A stretch of 34,158 bases of DNA from Promethearchaeota archaeon (lineage in GTDB: Archaea > Asgardarchaeota > Lokiarchaeia > Sigyniarchaeales > SOKP01). The notes under the pieces were generated by a model. That model made no database searches. It saw nothing but the letters and a program-made list of their open reading frames with translations, and was not told where the DNA came from. Positions 1 through 9,168 of the stretch are shown piece by piece. The position numbers and the translations under genes were made by a program. How positions within the stretch are numbered: the stretch's first letter is position 1; every line of letters starts with the position of its first letter. The stretch is taken from positions 1 through 34,158 of the forward strand of contig SHMW01000045.1 of the NCBI GenBank assembly GCA_008080735.1, given 5' to 3'.

Positions 1-1
1 C

Positions 2-592
2 GATTATTTCAAATCAGACACTTTCAAAACGAAGTATTCCCCAGAGGATCAGATAAAAATACAATATATTGTTGCTAAAGAAATTTTAGGTAATTTAATT
101 CAATATAATAAAATAGATCATACAACAGTCCCTCTTAAATATAATATCATCGCGAGGAATTATACCCTAATAAAACTTAAAGGGCAGAATGATAAGTCAA
201 TTTTGAGCAATATGAACAAGATATTTAACGATGAATTAGATATCACAAAAATTCAATCAACGATGAAGGCAATCGAACAAGATGGGATCATTTCTATCCA
301 AAAAAAAGACGATAAAAACCATTATGTTTTAGAAAAAGAATTAGAGCTGAGTGATGATGCAAAGCAAAAGTATAATGAGGGACTTCATCTGCTGGTCAAT
401 TGGCCTACTAATTTTTGGCGAAGTTTTTATAATATCCGAGAGTTGAATATAACACCCGCACCATCAATAAAATACCATGATTTTCTTAGTAAGGTGCTCT
501 CAAGAAGCGCGACGCAGGGATTTGGCCCCGCGGATTATGTATTCAAGAATTTAGTAAAATACTTTGAAAAAATAAGAGATGAAGGGAAATAA
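2..592 (+). CDS. 5'-truncated hypothetical protein, possible winged-helix domain
   Basis: The frame of ORF 203..592 is open back to the window edge (DYFKSDTFKTKY...), so the true start lies upstream. TMKAIEQDGIISIQKKDDKNHYVL resembles a wHTH helix plus wing. Confidence 0.6.
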   Translation, partial: DYFKSDTFKTKYSPEDQIKIQYIVAKEILGNLIQYNKIDHTTVPLKYNIIARNYTLIKLKGQNDKSILSNMNKIFNDELDITKIQSTMKAIEQDGIISIQKKDDKNHYVLEKELELSDDAKQKYNEGLHLLVNWPTNFWRSFYNIRELNITPAPSIKYHDFLSKVLSRSATQGFGPADYVFKNLVKYFEKIRDEGK

Positions 593-624
593 CATAGATT
601 ACTCCTCCTTAGCTTGTCTAAGAA

Positions 625-1548
625 TCAAAATTCCTTAATTTTTCTTAAAGGAATTTCAAATTCCTCTAACAATGGAATGAGATGTTTCTTTCCATCTGAA
701 TTTATACCCGACCAATCCAAGATGAAAAAATCAACGGATTCTACATTCTTATTAATCATCTGGGAGATGAGATCTCTATCCAATCCCTTGATAAAATATT
801 TAGGGCATATATATGAGATCGCAACATCATGTTCTTTTATGAGTTTCTGAAATTGCGGAGCATAATGGGTACCGCCGAACCCAACACCGATCTTTTGTGA
901 TCTCCGGGTTCTAAACTCTTCATACTTCTTTATGGCATCAATAATCGCATCCGCAACCACTATACCACCCTCATTATCGTGCCATTCACTTGCTCTACTC
1001 CCTAATTCTATAAAAAGTAAAGGTCTCTCCAGCGTGGTGGGACCGTGATGGGACACCTCGATATCGATGGAAAAACTCTCCACATCTCGCTTTTGTGCAT
1101 TTTTTACTAAAGAGAGATATCCTGATTTTAACATTAACGCACTTGCTTGGGACAATTCTTTTCTTTTTCCTCCATATCTAATATCTCCGCCCCAATTTCC
1201 TGTAGTATGTACCAAGAACGATGGTCGACCCGTTTTTGACGCGTGTCTACTGGCAAAGATAAGAATATCGGGATCAATGTTGGAATCATTGAGTTTTAAA
1301 TCATCTAAAAAGATGAGTCTTTTATTAGTGGTTCCTAAAAACACAGAATTCTCATCTAATAAATTCTGTGAAGTTGGATCTCCAGAGGTGATCTCTTCCA
1401 ATTCAAATAGAGCGTTATTGTGCCATTTATCTATACTTCGTGTAAATTTATATGATTTAGAACCTAAGAGTTTATCCCTGATATTAAGAGAAGCTTTATC
1501 TTTCGTGGATGTGATAATCAAATAATGTGTCATAATTATTTTTCCCAT
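625..1548 (-). CDS. dtdA: Archaeal D-aminoacyl-tRNA deacylase (DTD2/GEK1 family)
   Basis: Motifs SxxDxASxNI, FASRH, VHTTGN, EVSHHGP, FIELGS and GFGGTHYAP. Confidence 0.92.
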   Translation of the reverse strand: MGKIIMTHYLIITSTKDKASLNIRDKLLGSKSYKFTRSIDKWHNNALFELEEITSGDPTSQNLLDENSVFLGTTNKRLIFLDDLKLNDSNIDPDILIFASRHASKTGRPSFLVHTTGNWGGDIRYGGKRKELSQASALMLKSGYLSLVKNAQKRDVESFSIDIEVSHHGPTTLERPLLFIELGSRASEWHDNEGGIVVADAIIDAIKKYEEFRTRRSQKIGVGFGGTHYAPQFQKLIKEHDVAISYICPKYFIKGLDRDLISQMINKNVESVDFFILDWSGINSDGKKHLIPLLEEFEIPLRKIKEF

Positions 1549-1632
1549 GAGTGAATAATGAGTAGATATTCAAATTCTAGTAATACATCATAAAAATTAA
1601 ATTCTGGTTTGAAAAACCGATTTTCTCTCTGG

Positions 1633-2583
1633 TTAAAATCTTTTTTTCATCGTCCAATATAACCCACAAATATATGCTCCGATGGATTTCGAATAGAAAT
1701 AAGTTGTATTTTCCTGGACCCAGTTGATAATCATTTGATCTACATCGAAATTTGTTTTTAGATCCCATAGACACCATTTTAGAAGCAATTTTCCAAGACC
1801 TCGACCTCGTTCGCTTTTTTTTACTCCGGTCGGTCCGAAACTTCCGGGAAATTGAATCGAATGTGATGCCCATCCTATAATTTTCTCTGAGGTTAAGTCT
1901 ATAACGATGAACGTCGTTATTGGACTATTTTGAAATGATAATATGATTTCATCCGGCCAAAAACTCCATTGATACAGTTTGGGCATAAATGAAAGACGGA
2001 CTAATTCCTCCTCATCGCTTTTTTCCGCACGTTTTACCCGATAACCTTTATATGCTGAAGGGGGTCTTTCGGAGGATATATCCCCTAAAGATTTACAGAG
2101 ATTAATCCTTTCAATACCCTTTTTGAAACCGTGTTTTTTCAAAAAAAAGAATGCTTCAGTAAGACGGGGATCTAATCCCGGATACCAATAATCGGGAGCC
2201 GATGACATCACCTCAAATTTCATCCGAAAACTTTTATTGTCCGACTTTTCTATTTTCTCAGTCAAGTGATTAATTAGATAAGTTCCGATACCTCTATTCC
2301 TCCAGTCCTTGTGAACAATAAAAAATTTCAATACCGCTACTTTCCTAAATCTTTTTAAAATCAAAGACTTTCGCAAAACTGCCATAAAAAATGCGATTAT
2401 CTCTCCGCTCTCTTCAGTTAATACCACGCTAAGCGAAGGATCAAATATACGACTTTGTATAGTCGTTGCTTTGAATGTTTCTAATGAATGTGAGATCTTT
2501 CGCACATTATCCTCACAGAATTGATGGACTCTATCGATATTCTCGTGTGTGAGCGAAGAATGCCCAAATTGTTTGTAGTTCAT
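1633..2583 (-). CDS. Tandem-domain GNAT N-acetyltransferase
   Basis: Two acetyl-CoA binding motifs (VHKDWRNRGIG, VKKSERGRGLG) with FLKKHGF and FYSKSIG. Confidence 0.85.
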   Translation of the reverse strand: MNYKQFGHSSLTHENIDRVHQFCEDNVRKISHSLETFKATTIQSRIFDPSLSVVLTEESGEIIAFFMAVLRKSLILKRFRKVAVLKFFIVHKDWRNRGIGTYLINHLTEKIEKSDNKSFRMKFEVMSSAPDYWYPGLDPRLTEAFFFLKKHGFKKGIERINLCKSLGDISSERPPSAYKGYRVKRAEKSDEEELVRLSFMPKLYQWSFWPDEIILSFQNSPITTFIVIDLTSEKIIGWASHSIQFPGSFGPTGVKKSERGRGLGKLLLKWCLWDLKTNFDVDQMIINWVQENTTYFYSKSIGAYICGLYWTMKKRF

Positions 2584-2702
2584 AATAAGATCAAATATAA
2601 ATCAATATAATGTAGGATTACAAAAATATTCTTCAAAGCAAGTTTAATAGATTCAAAAACTTAATTATCATAATTATAACTAAACAATATTATGAATAAA
2701 TC

Positions 2703-3452
2703 ATGTATTTAGAACCAAATCAAATACTGCAAGGAACCTTTAGTCTGATCTTTGTGGTAGTGGCAATTATAATCGCAATTTTAATAATTCGTCGATATTT
2801 TCAGTACAAATCTCCAGAACACCTCTATGTAGGTTTGGCATGGATTGGGTTGGCGGGACCGTGGTTTGCAGATGCGGTGGTATTGCCTTCAATACTAATT
2901 GGGAATATATTAAATCCAGCGCTAACAGCAGGAAATTACATTCCAATTACGTTAGTGGTGTCATTAATTACAACTTACTATGCACCCATTGCTATAATGT
3001 TTTGGCTTCTCGCATTCACTAAATTGCTCAGGTTAGAAAATAGAAAACTAGTTGTTGTTATATTCGGCGCTGTCTTTATCATATTTGAAATTTTGATGAT
3101 TATTTTTCCCTTTATTGACTTTAATTATTATATCGGTACCTATAATGGACCATTTGATTATGATTGGGGCTTAATAACCACGATATTTTACCTATCGGCT
3201 ATTTTTACAGCATTAATCTCGGGATTATTATTTGCGTATAGGGCCTATAAAGCTGAGAGTCCCGAGAGTAATTTAAGAGGGAAATTCTTAATAATATCGT
3301 TCATTTCTTTCGCTATCGCTTCAATAATTCCCTATGTATGGACTGATATCTCTGGATTGGTAATATCTCGGATAATCTTGGTATTTGTGGTGATTATGTT
3401 CTATTTCGGGCTAAATATGCCTAAGTTTGTGAAAGACCTAATTCTAAAATGA
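2703..3452 (+). CDS. Hypothetical integral membrane protein (about 7 TM)
   Basis: About seven hydrophobic segments, ATG start, T-rich tract after the stop. Confidence 0.75.
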   Translation: MYLEPNQILQGTFSLIFVVVAIIIAILIIRRYFQYKSPEHLYVGLAWIGLAGPWFADAVVLPSILIGNILNPALTAGNYIPITLVVSLITTYYAPIAIMFWLLAFTKLLRLENRKLVVVIFGAVFIIFEILMIIFPFIDFNYYIGTYNGPFDYDWGLITTIFYLSAIFTALISGLLFAYRAYKAESPESNLRGKFLIISFISFAIASIIPYVWTDISGLVISRIILVFVVIMFYFGLNMPKFVKDLILK

Positions 3453-3723
3453 TCTAATTATACTTTCTTTTCTTTTTTACCCTGAAACGGATAAAGCTTA
3501 TGAGCTACTCATAAACTTATTTCTCCTATTGCTCAATTACTCAGTTAAATCTTAAAAGCGATATTATTTTATTAAAAAAAGTGTTGAAATAAAAGTTTGT
3601 TTCTTTCTGAAAAGAATGAAGATTTAAAAAGAAATAAATCCTAAATATTTGTATAAAAAATACCGAAAATGGTGATCAATAATAGCTGAAAATAGAGAAA
3701 AAAAACAAAATAAATTTCGCAGT

Positions 3724-4155
3724 GTGAGGATTGTAATTTTTGTGGTGCTAGGGTTGTTTATTTTCGAACAATTTGCATTTTTTATTGGTTTTATTGGTCC
3801 AGTGCCTGATTCCTACTTGGATCTTTTGATTGAATTTAATGGATATATTGAATTTAATTATGCAATTTCCGTTCTTTTAGCTGAATTCATCTTTCCGATA
3901 ATTATATTGAATTTATTGGGGAAAAAAATAGAATTTAATCATTTTAAAAAGATTTCTTCCATATTGGCCCAAATCTCTGCTGGTTTGATTCTCTTTATAA
4001 TCCTCCTCGCTCCTATAGAGTTTTATTTATATGTTAGCATGATACAATCCACTGAACTGCAAATTTACCATATAACGACCATCATATTAACCATATTATT
4101 GGATTTGATTAGTTTATTAATATTCTTATTTTGTATATATAAATTAAGGAGCTAA
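3724..4155 (+). CDS. Hypothetical membrane protein (about 4 TM), start uncertain
   Basis: Hydrophobic ORF. The frame stays open to 3676, where ATA codons follow a GGTGA SD-like motif. Confidence 0.6.
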   Translation: MRIVIFVVLGLFIFEQFAFFIGFIGPVPDSYLDLLIEFNGYIEFNYAISVLLAEFIFPIIILNLLGKKIEFNHFKKISSILAQISAGLILFIILLAPIEFYLYVSMIQSTELQIYHITTIILTILLDLISLLIFLFCIYKLRS

Positions 4156-4297
4156 CACTACTTACTAATAAACTAATGAGATAAATCTAATCTTTTTTAT
4201 TTTAAATTAGAACCTTAAATGAATTCTAAATAAATAATCAAAATAGAATATTGCTTGAACTCTGTATGAATATCTGAAGAAAAAAATCTAGTCTGAA

Positions 4298-5302
4298 TCA
4301 TTTTTGCTTTCGGGTTGGTGGTGCCATAAATTCTGGTCCTATGGGATCCTTAATAGTGTCGTCTATTATTTGTTGAATTTTCTCTAAATCCTCTTCACTT
4401 AGACTCCACCCCATAACCTCATTGAAAGGTTCAACTTGTTTTGGATTTCTGGCCCCCCATAGAGCAGTTTCCACTCCTTTATCTAATATCCACCGAACAG
4501 CGAATGAAATTACTTCCATATCGTGTTTTTCTTGAGCAAATTCCTCTAATTTTTCTACTGCATTCAGATACTGGCTAAAACGCGGTTCTTGGAACTTCGG
4601 ATCATCATTCCGTAGATCGTCACCTTTAAACTTTCGGTCTTTACTCATCTTACCTGAAAGCATTCCCCGGCAAAGCGCACCGTAGGTAATCAAATAAATA
4701 TCATTCCGCTTGCAATACGGAAGAATATCATCCTCTATCTGCCTTTCAAACATATTATACGGCGGTTGACAACTATGTAATGGGGCATATTTCCTGAACT
4801 CGTCCATCTGATCCGGAGAATAGTTGCTTACACCAATCGCTCTTATCAATCCATCATCATATAATTCTTTCATTGCTTTTGCGGTCTCTTCGATTGGAGT
4901 AAGAGGATCCGGCCAATGGACTTGATAAAGGTCAATATAATCGGTTCTTAATCGTTTCAAAGAATCATCAACTTCCTTAAATATCCGCTCTCTTGACCCA
5001 TTCCGAAAAACATTTTGGTCCTCGTCCCATTCAAGGGTAACTTTTGTCGCGATAATAATGTTATCTCTTCCACCAAATTCTTGTACCGCTTGTCCTACAA
5101 TCTCCTCTGACTTCCCAAAACCATAGGCGGGCGCGGTATCGATCAATGAGATCCCTTTATCAAGTGCAGCCTTCACGGTTGCTAATGAATCTTCTTTCCT
5201 CTGAGGACCCCACATCCATTCCCCCAATGCCCACGTCCCTAATCCTATACGAGATGCATTTTTATCTGTACCTGGAAATTTAATTTTTTGCATATTATTC
5301 AC
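4298..5302 (-). CDS. Aldo/keto reductase (YhdN/AKR11-like)
   Basis: IGLGTW, IDTAPAYGFGKSE, IATK, LRTDYIDLYQVHWPD and IGVSN motifs. Confidence 0.95.
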   Translation of the reverse strand: MNNMQKIKFPGTDKNASRIGLGTWALGEWMWGPQRKEDSLATVKAALDKGISLIDTAPAYGFGKSEEIVGQAVQEFGGRDNIIIATKVTLEWDEDQNVFRNGSRERIFKEVDDSLKRLRTDYIDLYQVHWPDPLTPIEETAKAMKELYDDGLIRAIGVSNYSPDQMDEFRKYAPLHSCQPPYNMFERQIEDDILPYCKRNDIYLITYGALCRGMLSGKMSKDRKFKGDDLRNDDPKFQEPRFSQYLNAVEKLEEFAQEKHDMEVISFAVRWILDKGVETALWGARNPKQVEPFNEVMGWSLSEEDLEKIQQIIDDTIKDPIGPEFMAPPTRKQK

Positions 5303-5468
5303 ATTCTAAACAGAAGTCGCGAGAGTTAAAAATTCTTTATTCTATAAATTATTAAAAAAAGTAATAGAAAATCAGAACAATGTAGACTAATTTCAACTAG
5401 ATTTTTCAAATTTAATAAATTATTAAGTATCACATTATATATTATCAACTCTAAAATTTATACTATAT

Positions 5469-6425
5469 ATGTTCATAGATCCCCTACTTATAATAATCGC
5501 TTTTATCTTCGGAGCCACCTTCTTTATTGCTGAATTTTATGAGCCAGAACGTTCATACATCCCCGTTTCCCTTATCGCTGGAATATCCGTGGCATATTTC
5601 TTTTTAGTGGTTTTACCCGAAATTTCTGAGAGATTACCCGAATATCCGCTTCATTTAACTTTATTGGAGTATTTATTCGTCTTAATCGGGTTCGCGTTTA
5701 TTCATGTCTCTGAAAAGCTAATTCTCCAGAGAGTGGAGTCTAAATCTCAACAGAGAGTAAGAAAATTGATGAATATGGAGAATAATTTAGAAGCTGTGGA
5801 AGATAATATTGAGAATATTGTGAGCGAAGAACTAATGCATGAAGAATTGGACGAATTTGCCTTAAGGGATTTAGCTCGTGTACTTAAAAGTTTACATGAC
5901 CAAGGTTCTCAGATAAGAACTGATATTGGGGATCTGAAAATAAAAATTCATGATCACATTACCGAAGAATTTGGAAATTTGCGTTTTTTTACCAATTTTA
6001 CCTATCATTTTCTCATTGGATTAATTTTGGTAAATTTAATCTTAATTGATTTAATTTCTTCGATATTATTTTACTTTTTTGCTTTCTTTAGAACGGTGAT
6101 TCAGAATCAATCCTCTTCCAAATATAAAGTCTTTACTGATTTAGATATAGAGATAGATATGCAAGAAACTCAATTACAGAAGATATTATTAGCATCCGCA
6201 GCCCTTATTGGTATGGTTGTTGATTTAATTGTTGACTTAATCTATGAAATAAACTTAGAAGTACTGTATATTCTCTTTTCATTCACTTCAGGCGTAATTC
6301 TTTATACAATCGTGAGAGAAGTTTTACCAGAGAAAGAAAAGGGAAATCCGATCTTTTTCCTTGCGGGAGTGGTGGGATTTACCATAATCATTCTAACTAT
6401 TAATTTATTTGTTGTAATTTTATAA
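5469..6425 (+). CDS. Membrane protein with ZIP-transporter-like termini and a coiled-coil insert
   Basis: AGISVAYFFLVVLPE and SGVILYTIVREVLPE resemble ZIP TM motifs; there is a charged helical insert of about 85 aa. Confidence 0.6.
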   Translation: MFIDPLLIIIAFIFGATFFIAEFYEPERSYIPVSLIAGISVAYFFLVVLPEISERLPEYPLHLTLLEYLFVLIGFAFIHVSEKLILQRVESKSQQRVRKLMNMENNLEAVEDNIENIVSEELMHEELDEFALRDLARVLKSLHDQGSQIRTDIGDLKIKIHDHITEEFGNLRFFTNFTYHFLIGLILVNLILIDLISSILFYFFAFFRTVIQNQSSSKYKVFTDLDIEIDMQETQLQKILLASAALIGMVVDLIVDLIYEINLEVLYILFSFTSGVILYTIVREVLPEKEKGNPIFFLAGVVGFTIIILTINLFVVIL

Positions 6426-6485
6426 AATGAATAGAGCTTGAAGAAAAATAGAGAATTTAATTTTTTATGGGTGGAAAATGAGCGG

Positions 6486-7151
6486 TTATTCAAAACTATA
6501 ACCTTCTTTTTCCCAAGCTTCTTTAATTATCGGATTCCTATTCATAAATTTGTTCATTAGGTCTTTTGGAACCTTATTAAGAGGGCATGCGAAATTAATA
6601 CAATCCGTACACACTTTTTTTTGTACCACCAATATCCACAGTAGCAAGGAAGGAATATAGAAAATTAATGCGAAATATAGCTGCCAAATGAGTAAGAATG
6701 GAATGGGAAAAGTCATCACCAAAATACCTCCGACTCCAAATTGGATTTTCTCGGATAAACTAAGTGGTCCCGGATCATATGTCCCCGCTTTATATTTTCC
6801 TTTGTCGATTACACAATGAAGTACCTTTTGAGATTCGTTTGCGAAATATGGACAATGATTACAAAGGATTCGCGTTTCCCATACGTTAAAAAAGAATAGC
6901 CCGTAGATTAACCAACTTATAAAGAAGATTAGTTTGAAAAGCAAAAGGACGGATGCAAATAGGACAATCAAAACGGTGGGAATAATTCCTATAAAGAGTG
7001 GCCCCGCAAAATACACTAAATATTTTATTTTAGGACGGCAGAAAAGCGTGCTATTAAGATCGCAATCTCCACACTCTTCCTCACTTTGCCATATACAGAT
7101 TTCCTTTCCTATTCCGATATCTAATTCTTTTTTACTCGATTTAGATTCCAT
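6486..7151 (-). CDS. Cys-rich 4-TM membrane protein (putative metal/Fe-S binding)
   Basis: CxWxxxxxCxxC..C, CNHCPY..HC and CTDCINFACP motifs flank two TM hairpins. Confidence 0.7.
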   Translation of the reverse strand: MESKSSKKELDIGIGKEICIWQSEEECGDCDLNSTLFCRPKIKYLVYFAGPLFIGIIPTVLIVLFASVLLLFKLIFFISWLIYGLFFFNVWETRILCNHCPYFANESQKVLHCVIDKGKYKAGTYDPGPLSLSEKIQFGVGGILVMTFPIPFLLIWQLYFALIFYIPSLLLWILVVQKKVCTDCINFACPLNKVPKDLMNKFMNRNPIIKEAWEKEGYSFE

Positions 7152-7241
7152 CTTTATAATCTTAATAAAAAAATAAGAAATATTATTTAAATTTATAGCA
7201 AACTTCCGCAGAAAAAAAAGAAAGAAGGAAAAGTTTTAAAA

Positions 7242-7580
7242 TTAAAGGATTTTTGTTTCTTCCGTAGGTGTGGGTGTTTTTATTACTAAAAATCGGAAAG
7301 TATTTTCAGATTCATTGCTTAATCGATGGGGGACTTTCGCCGGACTAAAGACCAATTCATCCTTGTGTACGGTTTCCTTTTCTTTGCCAATTTCTACAAT
7401 TCCGTCTCCTTCCAATACATAAAAACATACATCTACAGGAGTGACATGCATTTTAAGACTTTCACGTGGTTCTAGTGTTATATGGACGATTGTTGCATCT
7501 TTATAGGAAATTAATTTTCTCACATCTACTTGATGCGGTGTTTGAGCAACCTCCATTTCATTCATTTCTATTACTTTCAT
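7242..7580 (-). CDS. Cupin domain protein
   Basis: HVTP..FYVLEGDG..PHRLSN. An AGGAGGT SD precedes the ATG at 7580 (the ORF track starts at 7598). Confidence 0.88.
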   Translation of the reverse strand: MKVIEMNEMEVAQTPHQVDVRKLISYKDATIVHITLEPRESLKMHVTPVDVCFYVLEGDGIVEIGKEKETVHKDELVFSPAKVPHRLSNESENTFRFLVIKTPTPTEETKIL

Positions 7581-7613
7581 GGTTTTACCTCCTATCATCT
7601 AGTTACTTTTTGA

Positions 7614-8465
7614 TTATTTTGATATTCTTATTGCGTCTTGTGGACAAATCTCAGCGCAACGATTACATAAATAACATTCTGCTTTAGAATCATCCCTTCC
7701 TGCTTCTTGTATGGGACAAATTTGCTCGCATAAACCACAATCCGTACAATCTTCAGTTCTCACTAACGTATACCTGCTCAAACGACTAGTAAGATTTGTC
7801 ATTACTCCGAAAGGACAGGCTAAGGTACACCAAGGTCTATAAACGAAAAGACTTGCTATTACTGTGATTCCTAAGAGTATTAACGGAACCCAAAACACAA
7901 ATCCCAGCGGATTTACAAAAAGGGAAAACCCCAAGAATGGATTAAAGATCTGTAATACGTTCATTGACCAGAAGATCGCCATGATAAAAAATACTAAAAA
8001 CAACACTCCCCGAATCCCTAATCGGATCTTTTTTGGAATACCCAATATATATTTTCCCCGTTCGCTCTTTTTCGCATTGGTTTTAAATTGAACCTTCGAT
8101 ATTAATTCTTGTAATACGCCTAAAGGGCAGCCATATCCGCAGAATGTTCTTCCTATCACCAAAGTCGTCGCGAGTAGCAAGAATAAAATAATAATCATCG
8201 GAAGCACCGTCAAAACTGGATTCCCCATTGTAATTGTAAATAAGATTTGTTGGATGGGCATCACCGCGTTTGGAATGCCTCCTAATATAATCCCTCCTAT
8301 TACAAGTGAGATCCCATACAAAATAAGGGAATAGGTTTTTTTCATTTGTTTTCTATATAGAAGGAAAAATGCCACCACACTGAGAATTCCCCACAAAATA
8401 AACATCGGTACGATATCTATTAATTGAAGCTTAGCTCCACTCATTTGAAACATTTCTTTTATCAC
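7614..8465 (-). CDS. Membrane-bound 4Fe-4S binding protein (NapH/MauN/YccM-like)
   Basis: Two CxxxCP motifs (FCGYGCP, WCTLACP), TM helices and two CxxCxxCxxxCP motifs. Confidence 0.9.
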   Translation of the reverse strand: MIKEMFQMSGAKLQLIDIVPMFILWGILSVVAFFLLYRKQMKKTYSLILYGISLVIGGIILGGIPNAVMPIQQILFTITMGNPVLTVLPMIIILFLLLATTLVIGRTFCGYGCPLGVLQELISKVQFKTNAKKSERGKYILGIPKKIRLGIRGVLFLVFFIMAIFWSMNVLQIFNPFLGFSLFVNPLGFVFWVPLILLGITVIASLFVYRPWCTLACPFGVMTNLTSRLSRYTLVRTEDCTDCGLCEQICPIQEAGRDDSKAECYLCNRCAEICPQDAIRISK

Positions 8466-8536
8466 TTTTAAGTTTGTTCAATTTCAAATCGTATAATTAC
8501 ACCTAATACAATTCAAAAACTAAAATAAAATTAAAA

Positions 8537-8550
8537 CCGAACATGTTCAA
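8537..8550. promoter_or_regulatory. Putative operator CCGAACATGTTCAA (palindromic core GAACATGTTC)
   Basis: An identical 14-mer lies at 11178..11191; both are upstream of minus-strand gene starts. Confidence 0.7.
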
Positions 8551-8597
8551 TTTAAGCATAATTAGAAAATAAAAAAATTGTGAGATTTTTAAATTAT

Positions 8598-9131
8598 TTA
8601 TCCTTTCAGCTCATCGAGCAATTTCTCATATTTCTCATGAATGAGTTTCTTATCAAACCCCCAGAATTCATCGAGCATCTTATCTTGCTCTTCTTGGCTA
8701 AAATAGTCCATCACCGGTATGAAAAAATGCTCATCCTCCTTTACGATATGCTTGGGATAAAAGTTGCTTAATTCTTCTAATAATTCCAATACATCTTGTA
8801 TCGCCTCAATATTTCCTTCAGCATAACTATCCTTTGCCTCAAGCAACTTGCCGACGGTATTTCGCGCCCATACATGCTCCTCGACTAATTCATCCATTGT
8901 TTTTTGATGTTCCGCAGATAAGTCCTTATTCTCAAGCTCTCGAAAGAGAATATCCTCTTCTTTTCCGTGGTGTGTTCGGTCGGCATACATTCTGAAAAAA
9001 TCTACAGTTTTATCTATGAAGATGGGGTTCACTTTGTTATGTTCTTTTATTTTTTTACGCTCTTCTTGGATTATAGGTACTATTTTCTCAATTAGCCGGT
9101 GTTCTATCATTAAAGGGCCAATAGGCATCAT
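8598..9131 (-). CDS. Hemerythrin (HHE) domain protein
   Basis: Di-iron ligand pattern EH..HHGKEE..EH..HIVKED. Confidence 0.92.
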   Translation of the reverse strand: MMPIGPLMIEHRLIEKIVPIIQEERKKIKEHNKVNPIFIDKTVDFFRMYADRTHHGKEEDILFRELENKDLSAEHQKTMDELVEEHVWARNTVGKLLEAKDSYAEGNIEAIQDVLELLEELSNFYPKHIVKEDEHFFIPVMDYFSQEEQDKMLDEFWGFDKKLIHEKYEKLLDELKG

Positions 9132-9168
9132 TTTTCTCGTTCTTTACCTCTTAAAATTTGAATTTTGT

